DNA of 64,000 nt from Botryllus schlosseri. Lineage: Eukaryota. The stretch spans positions 19,098,001 through 19,162,000 of the forward strand of contig CM119372.1 of NCBI GenBank assembly GCA_051294905.1, given 5' to 3'. Positions 37,001 to 49,454 of this stretch are shown here, in pieces. A program made the position numbers and the translations under genes. The notes under the pieces were generated by a model. That model saw only the letters and a program-made list of their open reading frames with translations, was not told where the DNA came from and ran no database searches. Position 1 is the first letter of the stretch; each line of letters opens with the position of its first letter.

Positions 37001-40000
37001 TTGTGGAAGCGTGCACCTATGTGTTAGGATCATTATTGATTTTGCGTTGGTCGAGAAGATACATCTAGTAATTTCGAAAGTATCAACCTCCAGAAAGTAT
37101 GTGAACCCTTGACCAAATATGTTTTGAAGCTACCTGCTTAATTACTACTGAACCCTTTCATTTTATACGTCCACGTGTAGTAGTTTTAAAATATCTTGGA
37201 ACTATATCTCTATATACTATACTACATGAGCAGCAACACTGCTTTGACCACTCCTGTAATGTGACCAGAAATCATGTAGCGAGACAAACAAACAATTATG
37301 AAATCGCACTTTGTCATATCTTTCAGAGAAAAACCCATGTGATCATCATAGCTGTCCCAAATTTAGTCATTGCATCGTGCAACACGGACAACCATCCTGT
37401 CGGTGCCATCGGGGATTCACTCTTACGGGAGAGGGAAAATGCATACGTAAATGACTGTGAATATATCATTGCGTAGGTGATTGAGGTTTTATTGCATTTT
37501 TGCTTTTAGGTGCTTATAGAGATTCGTGCGCAACAAAACAGTGCCATACAGACGAACTGTGCATCGTGAAAGGCTTGCGACCACACTGCATATGCAAAGT
37601 GGGGTATGGTCGTGGGAAAATGGGGCGATGCGAAGGTGTGTGTTTGTGGTGGTGATTGATATATACGAAACACGAAATACACCTTACATAATCACTGTCG
37701 GATCAGAAGTCTATACACCGACCAGGGAAGTTGAGTCGGAAAAGGACCTTTATTTTAGTCAACAAAATTCAAATTAATGAAGGCTATTTCATCATTTGTG
37801 ACTTGTAGGAAGTTTCCTCTTTTTGGGTTCAAATAACATATGCTGACCCTAATTTACATCAGATTGTAGATATCCCTGACTCCATGTATATTCGCACGTT
37901 CTTCTTGGCCAATATGAAACTGTTTCGGTGAGCCCCTTTGTTCCTATAAACCATGTGGACTCTCAAAACGGGTCGCGGCTCACTTTTCAAATTTTGTAGA
38001 GGCCGCGTGCCGCAAGAATATAACATCGAGACAAAATAGGTCACACAATTAAACAACTATACGTTTTTAAAACTTTACGTCAGTACAACGCTGTATTATT
38101 TAACATGAACGATTGGCATAGTTATCACAAAAGAAGTAATATGTTAATAAAGAAGTACGAACGCAATAAGACATACCCCGATCATCAACTTCATCTTATT
38201 TTGAATTGTGAACTGCGCACGATACCTGATAACGCTTTTTAGCGGCTAAGGAATCGATATTGGGGATTGCCAGACACGTTAGTAGCTGAAAGACCATCTC
38301 CACTTAAAGATTGATCTTTTAGAGAAGCCCTAAGCCGTTTTCCAAGCGCCTAGGTCTTGTCAGTGTCTGGGTTATTGCACGTCAAGTCAATATGCTTACT
38401 GCTTAGTCATGACTGATCCTCCCTCGATGGAATGCTGTTGCCATTGCCGAAGCCTTTCAACTAGCGCGGAATAGTGATGTTGGGCACAGGCGACTAGCTT
38501 ATTTCGAAACAACAACAACAACAATATTTTGAAAATGAAATCAATTTCAGCATTTCAAAATGTTTTACTTAGATTCTCAAATCAGTTCGTGGACCGCCTG
38601 TTGGTGATGGTGACCCTTGCTATAAACGAAGAGACATTTGATGGTATCCAGAGGTGATCAAAGTAGTCACCGTCGCTACTGAAGTAGAAATAGAAGTAAC
38701 GCCGGAATTTCTACCCAAGTAGAAGTAGTATTGGCGGTTCACAAGTAAGTAAGTAAGTAAGTAAGTAGGTATTCTATGCCTATTTTTGCCTAAAATACTG
38801 AAAACTGTCAAGTAGAAGTAGAAGTAGTCTAAAATAGCAACTACTTAAAAAGTAGTGCGAGGTGGCAAAATCTACTTTAAGTACTTCTCAAAGTAGAAGT
38901 ACTTCGTTACTGACCACCTCTGATGGTATCTGACCGTATTCTATGAATAAATTTGTCAAAGAGGGTGGTTGAAAGGGGAGGGACCGTGATTAATATTCCA
39001 CACATTTAGCGATACATCTGACATAGGAATATCGATCGTATTCGACCATATATTTTGCACATTCTGTTTTCTCGGGGATATCGCAAGTGAGAAGTTAAAA
39101 TATAACTGCTATTTTAGCAAAGAAAAGCCCTTGTGACGTCATCAGGTGTCCCAAGAACAGCGTGTGTAAGGCTACAACCGGTGCTGGCGTTTGCGAATGC
39201 ACCGATGGATTCGTTATGACTCCAGAGGGAAATTGCAAAAGCAAAGGTATATATTGTTTCGGCATGCATCATGTATGTACCAATGTACCATCGTTTATCA
39301 ATTTATATATGATTATACATCTTCCAATTCATCTCCATGTTATCTTTCTCACAAGGTGTCAATGCATGTCATAAGAAAATGTGCCCATTCGCGAGCGTCT
39401 GTATTGAAGGAAAATGCGTGTGCAAGCATGGGCATTCTATTTCAATGTCGGGAAAATGTATAGGTGAGGGCAGCAAGCCAGTAACTGCATAGCCTTTCAA
39501 ATATTCAATTGCGCTTGTACTTTCAATCTGAATGTAATATACTGTTACACTGTTACAGATCAATGTCGGCACGTGAGATGTCACATGCCGAACACACGAT
39601 GCCAGGATGGGAAATGTGTATGTAAGGATGGATATCAAAGGACTCCGCATGGACATTGTTATGGTGTGTTGATCACGTGTGCCCGCAAACATTTGATATT
39701 GTATCGTCGTCTTCAGGCTGGCAGCGCGATAATATAACCTGAAATTAGTCTTACTGTTCGATGTTTCTCTGGAGATACATTCGGCGCCCCATTTTCTGTG
39801 TGCACCACCGACTCTGCTCCTTTTTCGAGTCGGTTACAGTCAGTATCGCTGATACTCGAACACTTGGGAATAAAGCTATAGAGTTCTTCTGAAATGCAAG
39901 CACAGGTAGCGTTCTAGATGCCAAAACTATTTCAATTCGAAGAGATTGAGCAGTCCCGAAATAATAATAGGCTACTTGTAAAGGGAGCTGTGTTCAAAAT

Positions 40001-43000
40001 GGAAATGCATTTAAAACGCAGATATGCAAAATATTTGTTATACTGCTTTTTGTTGTTGTTTATTTTAGTCTTGAGCACAGATATATTAAAATACCATCTA
40101 CAATTACAATATCCGGATCATTTACATGCCTGCGCACGACATAGAATGACCCAAAATCTTACTATTTGTATATTCGGGAAATATTTACACGCGTCATTAG
40201 TTTGAGTAATACGTTGAAGTTTGATATCGCATATTACCGCTACTTTTAGCGCTGGATCAAGCTACATCGTCTTCCGAAAATAGTTATGGCCAGGCTATTA
40301 TGAAGTATTATTTTTAAACGGGGCTTTTACTGACAACAGGGGTGTTTAAAAACATGACGTATTTTAAATACAACCCTGGTTGCAAAAGTAATTTGGTAAA
40401 ACAGCCTTCGGACTTTCACTTGTCGATAAATCAGAACAATTTGGTGAATTGTGATACGAATCCACACGACCAACGCCTATTGACTATTCGTGCTATGGAT
40501 GAATATAGGTCCGACCACATAGACATATAGTTGATGTAACGATTTCAGTGATAGAGTTAATCGAAAAATTACTAGAAAATATTTTAAGTCGTTTTGCGGT
40601 GGTACTGAAAGTCGTGTATTACCGAAAAACAACTTGATAAAGCAGTTTGAGAGAATAGTAGAGGTTTTCTATTCAGAATTTGACCACTGCAAAAACGGAA
40701 GACGATGCTCCGACAACAGTTATTGCAACAAAGACAAACATTGCTTCTGCAAGGAGGAATATCACCGTGACCAGCACGGTCACTGCGTTCGTGAGATGAT
40801 GATTAGTGACGCAAATGAAGAGATGCCTATGTGAAACGATATTTTGTTGTACAGCGAATGATCCATGCCGGAACGTAAAATGCCATTTCAATCAGCGCTG
40901 CTACGCCCCACCACACGCCATGATCGGGATATGCAAGTGTCCGTTCGGAACTATTTATTTTCCCGTTTTGAAGACTTGCATCCCACTTCCTTTACTACGT
41001 AAGTACGGATTCTGATCTTGTGTATCGTAAAGACAGCCGGATCACGGCACGATCTTATTTATATTTGATAACCTTGTCACTAAACTTATCGTCGCGTGCT
41101 ATCAGGACACGGTCGACTATTGATAACTAACCTACGTTGGTTAGCTATCTATAGCTATTCGGACGTGGCCGGTCTGACGTTTTAGCATTAGAATATGTGA
41201 TCCCAACTGCGAATCAAAAAATTGATCTAACAAGCGTAGCCTGTACTGTCAGACGTGATCCAGTTTGCAATTAAGAAGTCATGCATGTTTAAAAGATGTA
41301 TTTTACTTTTTTTCGTTTGGTACTAGTCATGACGTCAACAATCTTCAATCGTGACATCACAGTGGATTGGCATTGACAATTTAAATTATAGGTTACATAT
41401 GACTCCTTTGACGAAAAGGTTGCCGATCCGTCTTAAACGGACCAAATTATACCTTGTACCAGAACTATACATCGTTTAGCAGTTGTCATCAGCATCAGAA
41501 CTTCCATTCCGTACCAATGATGTATAACTTTAAGTCTAGCTATAGCTGTTGAATCGACGGCGATTTTGAGGATTCCAACCATTCGATATCGTATATGTCT
41601 AATATATCGGGTGCAAACATCCGTATAGGCTCATACTACATATTTTTCGAAAGTATTTACACAATTGTGGCAAAATTATGCAACTTTTGAAACCCCATTT
41701 GTTTTAAATGCAACTCTACGTGTTTCACTTGGGATTGGTGTTTGAATCACCGTGGTATAGCCAGGGGCGAATAGTGTATCATGATATTAAAATATGTTGT
41801 TCACATTCTTTACAGTGAAAAAGGGTAAATGCAAAAGACAGAAATGCCCGGAACACAGTCGCTGTGAAAAGGAGCAATGCATATGCAACACGGGATACAA
41901 GAAAGTTGGGAATAAATGCATTCGTATGTTCTATAGTATACCCATCAGATTTAGTCCGACGTCTGAAAGTTGATTCTGGTTTATGTACACCACAGAAAAA
42001 GATCCGTGCGTCCCTAGCCCGTGTCGGAACAACGGAGTATGTATAGCAAAGGGATATAAATACGAATGCAAATGCCCCGAAGGATATTTTGGGAAAACGT
42101 GCCTGTCATGTAAGTCAGATTTGTCTTCACGGTTAATGGCTTGCAATGACAACCGTTAAAAAATTGCTCTTTATTCCAGCCAACTCGCCTTGTCATCCGA
42201 ATTCCAATCCCTGTAAAAATAGAGCCGATTGCATCAATCTAAACGGAATGGCTATTTGCAAATGCAAGTACGGTTATAAAGGGAAGACATGTGAAGGTGG
42301 GTCCGTTGATGGATTTAGCTCGGTTAGCGTCACACAAACTCTTACTTGAGTATGAGTATCGACTGATATCACCAGCAAGTCTTTTAACTGATTTATATAT
42401 TTACTAGTGTGCAGTCTTTAGAAACCTAGTACAGGGTACATTATAACAATTATTTCAATATTATGAATGCATGCCCTTGGTGACACTTGTAACTCAACGC
42501 CCAAACTATTTGACACTACTACTACTACATTGCCTGTCCGTTTTTGGATAATACTGCAGGCTAATTCTCATTGACTTATGTGCTGTGCAACTGTGTATTG
42601 TGCGTCTCAAGTGTCAACACGTTCTTTCGTTTTTATTATGTTTTTGGACCGATCTGGGTGTTTAATAGGTTGACTTCACCGAATCTTTTCGACTGCTTTC
42701 TCTATTTTCACTGTATCGCAATCTGGCGGTGTTTTGAATAGATAAAAAATGATATCAAATTCATATAAAAGAAAAGAAAACGTACGTTGTACATATGTAC
42801 GTTTTCAGCAGGCCTACGATGTATACAATCCAGTGTATACACGATTGTAACTTGAGTACTCTCTCGCACTTTGGAAGACACCGCATACAATTCCTTGATT
42901 CTGACGAGATTATATTACCTACTCTATAGTATTTAAGCCAGCTTATACTTAGTTATCTAGAAACGTTTTTGTTAGATCGATGTTTCATGCGGTTTCAAAT

Positions 43001-46000
43001 TCACAGAAATGCCGATTCGATGCTCGGAGTCATCCTGTCTTAATGGAGGACTCTGTTTCATGGAAACTTGGAAATCCGTCGGATGTAAATGTCCCAAGAA
43101 TTATCACGGAAATACATGTGAAGGTATAATTTTTGAATACTCTTTACATCGCCGACACGATAAATTCATTGTGGGTATTGAAGGAGTCGGCGGGAGACTG
43201 TGTAACCCTTCTGTCATACTTAAAAAGGCACATGCCGTTGCTACTTAATTGAAAGAAGAAATAGGGTAGCGGGATATCGCGTAGTGGTATGATCAACAGC
43301 TGCAACACCAATAGGTCTACTGAGGTCGACTCCAGAATCCCTTCCCAAGTGTTGGAGGTTTATCTAGGCTCCTTCTCGCCATCTAATCCACGTAATCGGT
43401 GTCTTAAAAAAGTATAGAAGTTGGCTGTGCTACAAGTCGGCAGCTACGGAATAAAAATGAAGAATATCGGTCTGGTATATATGACCATTTCGGTCGAAAA
43501 GCATCATGAATACCACAAACCACAAAAGTACAAGCATTGCCGTAAATTCCAACTCAATTATTAGGAGCAGGTCATGGTATGGTACAGACATGGGGTGATT
43601 ACTTCATGAATGTAATCGATTGCGATTACGATTACTTCTGAATGACGCGATTACGATTACGATTACGATTACAGCAAAATCAAGAAGTAGTCGATTACGA
43701 TTACGATTACATTGGAAAAGTAATCACGATTACTCACGATTACATTTATTTTGCTTCTTAGAAGCTATGTTGAAAGACAATATATGGATTGCGCTGAAAA
43801 GGCCTAATGAGATAGCAAACTCCCTTTAAAAAGATGCGTCATCTGTTTGTTACGTCATAATGTATCCATTGCCCATTTTCATAGAGGTCAATTTATCGCG
43901 CCCAACGATTTGCATTCTTACCAGGGCTATAACTGCCGCACCCCAAATTTCCCAATAGGGTGGAGAGCGAGCTCGAAGGGGACTCAAAAAGTATTTCGTA
44001 AACCAACATAAGTTATAGAGTATTTTCAAGATATCTAATTAACTTGATAATCCTCTCTAGATCAATGATTGCCAACCGCGGATCCGAGAGCCGCATGTGG
44101 CTCTCAGCTAACCAACTTCCGGCTCCCCTTGACGTTGGAAAATCCAACAAAAATAATAAAAAATCAATCTATAACAAAAAATTGATATTCAAAATTTCAC
44201 TTGCTTTGCTTGGAATCTGGAGTTTATAATTTAGGGTGAAGACCAATTCCTTTGGTGTCGAGTAGCGATTCTCTACTCAGCAACGATTTCGTTACTCGAC
44301 TCACGTCAAAAAGTATGCTCACACACAAATGCGTCTGGATCGTCACTCAAATTTAAGTCTGCTCATCACCAGACTTAATTAAGTGCAGGGGGTGTTACAA
44401 CACGTTTTATAGCGCTATCTGACCAGCAAACCAATGGATTATTTGACTTGATTGTTAAGCTCAACGGCCGCATTGAATGAATGCTTTTCAACCATGATGA
44501 AAATGTTTTCAAGTCCTATTATAGTTAATGTGGCCACTGACCCTATAGTAATTTACAACTTGAGTTGCTAGACATGCAGTCAGATATAAAGACATGACAA
44601 TTTGTTTATGCGTCTCACGAAAGTTTTTCTTTTAGTCTGCTACGTTTGAGCCACTACAATATCTTTTGATGATATAACAAACCGGAGTTCACGAATTAAG
44701 AACATATACTAAAGTAATTATAACAAGAAACCAGAGGTCATAATTATGAATTACGTTGCCCCAGCTCTACAGGTAGGTAATTGTGTGGCGAGATAGCGCA
44801 GTGGTATAATCCACGGCTGCAACACCAATGGGTTGCGGGTTCGAGTCTGAACGAGGTCGACTTCGGAATTCCGACCTAAGTGTTGGGGGTTTATCTAGGC
44901 TCCTCCTCGCCGCCTCATCCACGTAAGCGGTGTCCTAAAAAAAGCTTAGAAGTGGGCCGTGCTAGGTGCTACAAGTCGGCAGCTACGGAATCGAAAATGC
45001 ATAAAATCGGCCTGGTGAAAATGTCTGAGGTAGTCGACAAACATCATGATTACCTCAAACAAATAAACTCTACGGGTATATCTAACCATCGCGGGCTGAG
45101 AGAGGATTAAAAATTAATAGTAATATATTGCAATTACTAAATTTCTTGACGAAATTCAGTCTTCAATTTGAGATTACCACCCTATGGGGGCCAAAGACCA
45201 ACGTTTAGACTGGGGGACGAATTGCTGTTTTTGTCCTGGTTCCAGCTACAACCCACGCTATCATGATATATAAGGCCACGGCCATGGCGGCAGGTCCCAA
45301 TGTTGAATAAAGAATTATGAAATAACGATAGGCGCCCCTTTCAAGTAGAGTCATATGAGAATAAGACGATGCGAACATAAAATTCTGCCTTCAACTTAAT
45401 ACAGATATTGTACTGCAAGCTGCCGTTACGAGAAATGGCAAAACGGCTCGCCTATGATGTATATATCACCAGCTGTTGATTTTTACTGCTTGGTGGTGGA
45501 AACTGCAATGTTTTATTTGACGAGTACAAAATTTCAAATCTTTGTCCGGTGTACGTACGTACTGGATAGGCCTACTGCTCGCCAAGCAGCAACGGTCAAA
45601 CTGCGTTTAACTAAGCATAAGCATAACCATAACCAAACATCAACACACAAGGTACTATTTTAAACTATAGGCAGAGCGGAGATAAATTATACTGCTGCGA
45701 GGTAGTGGCGTGTGGAACGCGTTGATAACCTGATATACAGCATGGCGGGTGTTCTTACAATCAGACTAATGGACGACGTAGGTACATCGAATATCTATTT
45801 ACTGTGGATACTTCTTACACAATGACGCGCAAAGCTAATAGGCTGCTTCTGACGTAATAATGAGCAGTGGCGTTTGAAAATCAGACGTTTGTGCTGTCAC
45901 GAACCTGGTATAACGAACCTGGTATAACATCTTTTCCTTGTTCACGAATGTTCAGTTTATGTCATAGTCCTTGTACAAATAAAAAGTAATCGTTCTTTCA

Positions 46001-49000
46001 CAGAGAAATCGATTAGATATGGGGAGTAGTCGATTACGATTACGATTACTTCGGAATTTTTTCGAATGTAATCGATTGCGATTACGATTACTTGAAAATG
46101 CTGTAATCGTCGTAATCGATTACGATTACTAATCACGATTACCCCATGTCTGGTATGGTATGGAACGGTAAATGTCCATACTCCATACCCGCCTTAATCG
46201 TTCCATACCATACTTCCTTGCATACTTTCATACATTGCATACCGTACTTTAAAATTTCGATACCATACCCTACCATGCCCTGACTAGAGGTAGCAATTCC
46301 CAAGACATATCAAAACTATACTTCAACCCAAAGTAGAATATATAGGCATAAAAACACCCAAGTATACAGTCTAAGAAAGTAGATTTGCCCAAGGGATCGA
46401 ATAATTTCAATGGTTATCGGATATGGCTATTTTCAAAATTACGAGATGTATCTTCACGATTAACGCAAATGACTAATGACGCTATAATACACTCCTAGCA
46501 GAAGAGTGCGTATTCACACCCAAAGGGCTGAAAAGGGCGGTACGCGAAAACAGAACCTAAGTCAGAATTATATATCCTATACACCTTTTACCTTCCTACG
46601 TCCTTACGTATAAGCATCAGTGGGATAAATATGTTGTGTTTGATTTATACCGTGTTGTTAGTCTGAGGTAGGTTCTGGTTTCGTTTACCACGGGTGTATA
46701 TTCACACTCTTATCTCACGGGGGTATACAGGTGTAAATACACCCCTTTTCCGATGAGAGGTAGGTGAATATGTTGAGTCGATATGACACAGACACTATTT
46801 TGCGCGATTCTTATGATAATTTCACCCATTACCTCATCAGTATTACATTCACGGTTTGACTTATTGTAGGTGCGCGTTTTGCACTTCTACAATAAACAAG
46901 AACTATATTCGATAGAGTACAGAGATCCTTGCGTCGGATATCGCTGCGACAGAGGAAAATGCAATGTTGTTCGCGGTGATCCTATATGCGACTGCCATCC
47001 CTTCTACTCCGGGAAGCATTGCAGCGGTAAATATATGCTCTTAATTATTATTATTATCAACTTGTGCAATCCGATATCAACATCATATCTTGTCAGTTTA
47101 CAATGACCCGTGTGGATCTTATCGCTGCGTAAATGGGGATTGCCATTTAGACGCATTTCAACCGACCTGCAAATGCCATCGCCTATATTCCGGAGCGCAT
47201 TGTGACGGTAAGACGTTGATAAATCACGAATAAATTGGCGACAACGTTGACACGCAGTAAAATTACAGTGTATGAAGATCCGTGCAAGGACTATTCATGC
47301 AATACCGGTGCATGCGTACTGGAGAATTATTCACCGGTCTGCAGATGTAACGCAGATTACAGCGGGCCTCATTGTGAAAGTAAGCGAATCTTGTATTGCG
47401 CGAAATTACCCACAGCAAAAGTTGAAGTTTGTATCTTGTTAATGAAAACAATATGGAATTGAAAGAGACTCATAGTAAATTGCTCAATTTTCTTCATACT
47501 GCTTATAACATTGAATGGCTTTGTTCAGCGTTCAATGATCCTTGCTTTGACGTGTACTGCCAGCACGGGGTGTGCCACAACAAGGGTGGATTCGCGGTCT
47601 GCGATTGTTTCCCAAACTATTCTGGGAGATATTGCACAGGCAAGTTTGGTCGTCGATTTTTCCCATTTGTGAGATCTCAAATAGTCGATTTCATTGCGAC
47701 TATCATTCATGCAATTCTGACCCTTCTTTATCCAAACGTCTTTTGATGAGGCTTATAATATATTTTTGTTCAGATTACATCGATCCGTGCAGAGATTATA
47801 ACTGCGTAAATGGATACTGTGATGCCGGTGATGGTGCTGCTACTTGTGTATGCGATGCTTCGTACTTTGGTCAATACTGTGAAAGTAAGCTGTTAGTGAT
47901 TGGATTTGTGATATTGCCATCAAATCACAATGTTAAATTGATTATGGTGCTGTTGCTTTGGTGATCCTAAATTCCTATTCCTAAATATGATAGTGGGGTT
48001 ATGCAATAATACAATGTCTAATGATGAATCGAGAGCCTGTAAACGGCAGCGCGGTGGTGACGTCTGTAGACAAAAGCTAATTGGTACTTTGACGTCACAA
48101 GGAGACCTTGGTGCTGTAATTGCCTGATATCAGACTTTGTCAAACTACTGGATTTTCAAAATTAGTAGCAACTTATACCAGAACTAGAGCTGCTCGCTTT
48201 TAAAACTAAAAACTAGAAGTAGAGCTACTTATGTGTAATCCACATATGCTGGTCAGATTTTTGTTTACTCCATAAGACACGACATTGAACGGCGAAGTGA
48301 AACTTGAAATGCCGATTAATTATTACGTACTATACGAAACAATCGACAAGGCTACAACGACGATACTATCCAAAGAGCCGTACATCGCAGCAGCTGTGGG
48401 TTCTGCCTGCAACAAAAACAACCATTACAGCTACCATAGTACTAGATCAGATTATAAGGATTCATCATTTATTTCAAAAATATTTCAGAGTATGACGACC
48501 GGTGTGACACGTACGGCTGCCAAAATGGGTTGTGCATGATAGTTCACGACTCCCCTAAATGCGATTGCTATGGTTCATACACTGGAAAATACTGTGAAGG
48601 TAAGTAGGCCATAGAGCTCATCATCATGCATTAAACAGTTGCAACCCGGTTCCACTTTCGTCAGTTTATGAAGATCCGTGCGAATCTTTGACATGCCAAA
48701 ACGGGCACTGTCAGACAATATCCGGAACCGCTAGCTGCATGTGTGATCTTTTCTATTCTGGGGAACATTGCGAAGGTAAGATGCTCATAAAAGCAAACGT
48801 AGGGATGCCCTGTCACAAGTTTTGTTTATTTTAAGTGTACGATGACCCGTGCTTGAATGCGCCGTGTCAGCACGGACGTTGTGAAATCATATCAGGATTT
48901 CCTGGCTGCGAGTGTGATCCTAATTACACTGGAGAATTTTGTGATCGTAAGTCTATCCGGCTATTAGCTAGTCTTCTCTGCACCAATGATTGAAGCGCTT

Positions 49001-49454
49001 GAGAAGTATACCGCATAATCTGCCGTGCTCTATATTGACTAATAAGCCTAAAGCGCACACTCAGGCGCACTCAGTTTTAAAAGAATGTTATGATCCATCA
49101 CTAACGGCCACGACGCATAGGCCTACGCCATGAAATCAAGGAGGAGACAATATGAATAATGATTCGGGTATGCTAGTGCGAGGGAACTGAGTGCACATTA
49201 CACTGATTACGGTGTTCGCTTTGCTAATTACCTACTTGGTAATTGAACTTTGGCGTTAGGTTATTGACCGAATCCTGCGATTTGATCTCATTACCGAGCA
49301 GATTACGCTTAGCTAAGCGCCCCAGCTACGGTAAATTTCACCGATCACAATTATAATTCCCGGACGACCTTTCATTGCTGGAGACGCCACCAGATAAAAA
49401 TCGTGTTTTGAAATGCGGTTGGAGTAAGTTATTTTCCTTACAGAACCGGTTTGA
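25074..49454 (+). CDS. Secreted multi-EGF-repeat protein (~1142 aa): signal peptide, 4-Cys half repeat, 28 EGF-like repeats; no transmembrane or other domain
   Basis: Exons: 25074-25128 (MSALRLCFLFFIILQLLQ, signal peptide), 26487-26588, 30180-30290, 31024-31143, 31214-31330, 33558-33677, 33740-33856, 35747-35866, 35929-36048, 36108-36227, 36287-36412, 37327-37446, 37510-37635, 39118-39246, 39356-39463, 39559-39663, 40677-40790, 40855-40998, 41816-41923, 41996-42109, 42180-42296, 43007-43123, 46916-47026, 47097-47207, 47269-47379, 47529-47639, 47774-47884, 48489-48599, 48665-48775, 48836-48946, 49444-49454 (Q-P-V-stop). Every internal exon is phase 1-1, a multiple of 3, stop-free and encodes one Cys-rich repeat. 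The terminal exon is the least certain part. Confidence 0.85.
25358..25533 (-). mobile_element. tRNA-derived SINE, possibly with a Meta-type central domain, in intron 1 of the EGF gene
   Basis: Minus strand has A-box-like TAGTGTAATAG and B box GGTTCAATCCC, followed by ACCAAAGACTCGAAAACTGGTATCCGCGACTATCCTGCTAGGCGCTCAGCATT. Confidence 0.65.
27329..27988. mobile_element. Foldback / long-TIR element with ~315-bp near-perfect inverted arms and a ~31-nt spacer
   Basis: 27329-27643 is the reverse complement of 27675-27988; TSD TTACTCAT / TTAC[family E insert]CCAT. Confidence 0.9.
27993..29579 (-). mobile_element. Internally deleted hAT transposon, family E relative, with transposase remnants
   Basis: TIR CAGGCCTGTTTATTTTTGGA / TCCAAAAATAAACAGGCCTG; 8-bp TSD CCTATTAC. 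Confidence 0.9.
28183..29208 (-). pseudogene. hAT transposase fragments (frameshifted and interrupted)
   Basis: GYLQRQQDLIQEKKSMCLKFVDTCWLS...NPACAPPLQWW...KIQG...LPHQVV (28555-29208) and SMFPTTATVEADFSKINWEKGLYRASPTDFYLEGILQAKDF (28183-28345), paralogous to 23347-23766. Confidence 0.8.
30637..33988 (+). repeat. Intragenic tandem duplication of a two-exon EGF cassette with flanking intron sequence
   Basis: ~30637-31435 aligns to ~32719-33988; exon 31024-31143 vs 33558-33677 is 38/40 aa identical. Confidence 0.85.
31787..32713. mobile_element. hAT-type element, family D (GTGAACC/GGTTCAC subterminal repeats), copy 1
   Basis: TIR TAGGGATGGTGTGAAC / GTTCACACCATCCCTA; TSD CTTTCAAG/CTTTTAAG. Confidence 0.88.
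33989..34060. mobile_element. Solo terminus of a family E hAT element
   Basis: CAGGCCGTGTCATTTTTGGCAT plus CCAAAAATAGCTTATTTTTGG subterminal repeat, matching the ends of 21155-24112. Confidence 0.75.
34060..34146 (+). pseudogene. 28S (LSU) rRNA fragment from the conserved 5' core; not a functional rRNA gene
   Basis: TCGGGTTGTTTGAGAATGCAGCCTGAAGCGGGCGGTAAACTCCATCTAAGACTGAATACGGTCGCGAGACCGATAGCGAACAAGTAC matches the conserved eukaryotic LSU segment between D1 and D2; flanks are not rDNA. Confidence 0.88.
36490..36805. mobile_element. Family C MITE
   Basis: TIR TAGGGTTACCATA / TATGGTAACCCTA; 8-bp TSD CCCTAGTA. Confidence 0.9.
38649..38922. mobile_element. Family G MITE
   Basis: TIR CAGAGGTGATCA / TGACCACCTCTG; 8-bp TSD ATGGTATC; homologous to 19036-19296. 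Confidence 0.9.
43268..43525 (+). mobile_element. Degenerate copy of the tRNA-derived SINE seen at 44776-45067
   Basis: Shares GCTGCAACACCAAT, GTTTATCTAGGCTCC, GCTACAAGTCGGCAGCTACGGAAT and CATCATGA; B box deleted. Confidence 0.7.
43585..46152. mobile_element. Family B element, copy 2, inserted in a small ATGGT-repeat MITE (~43568-46282)
   Basis: TIR CAGACATGGGGT / ACCCCATGTCTG; 8-bp TSD GTATGGTA. Confidence 0.9.
44776..45067 (+). mobile_element. tRNA(Cys)-like SINE inserted in family B copy 2
   Basis: A box TAGCGCAGTGG, anticodon-loop-like CTGCAAC, B box GGTTCGAGTC, A-rich tail; 11-bp TSD CTCTACAGGTA/CTCTACGGGTA; empty site in copy 1 near 12708-12718. Confidence 0.85.

Noticed and set aside
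44786..44860. Functional tRNA-Cys gene
   Set aside because: Acceptor and T stems do not pair properly; it continues into a shared body, has an 11-bp TSD and a second degenerate copy, so it is a SINE head
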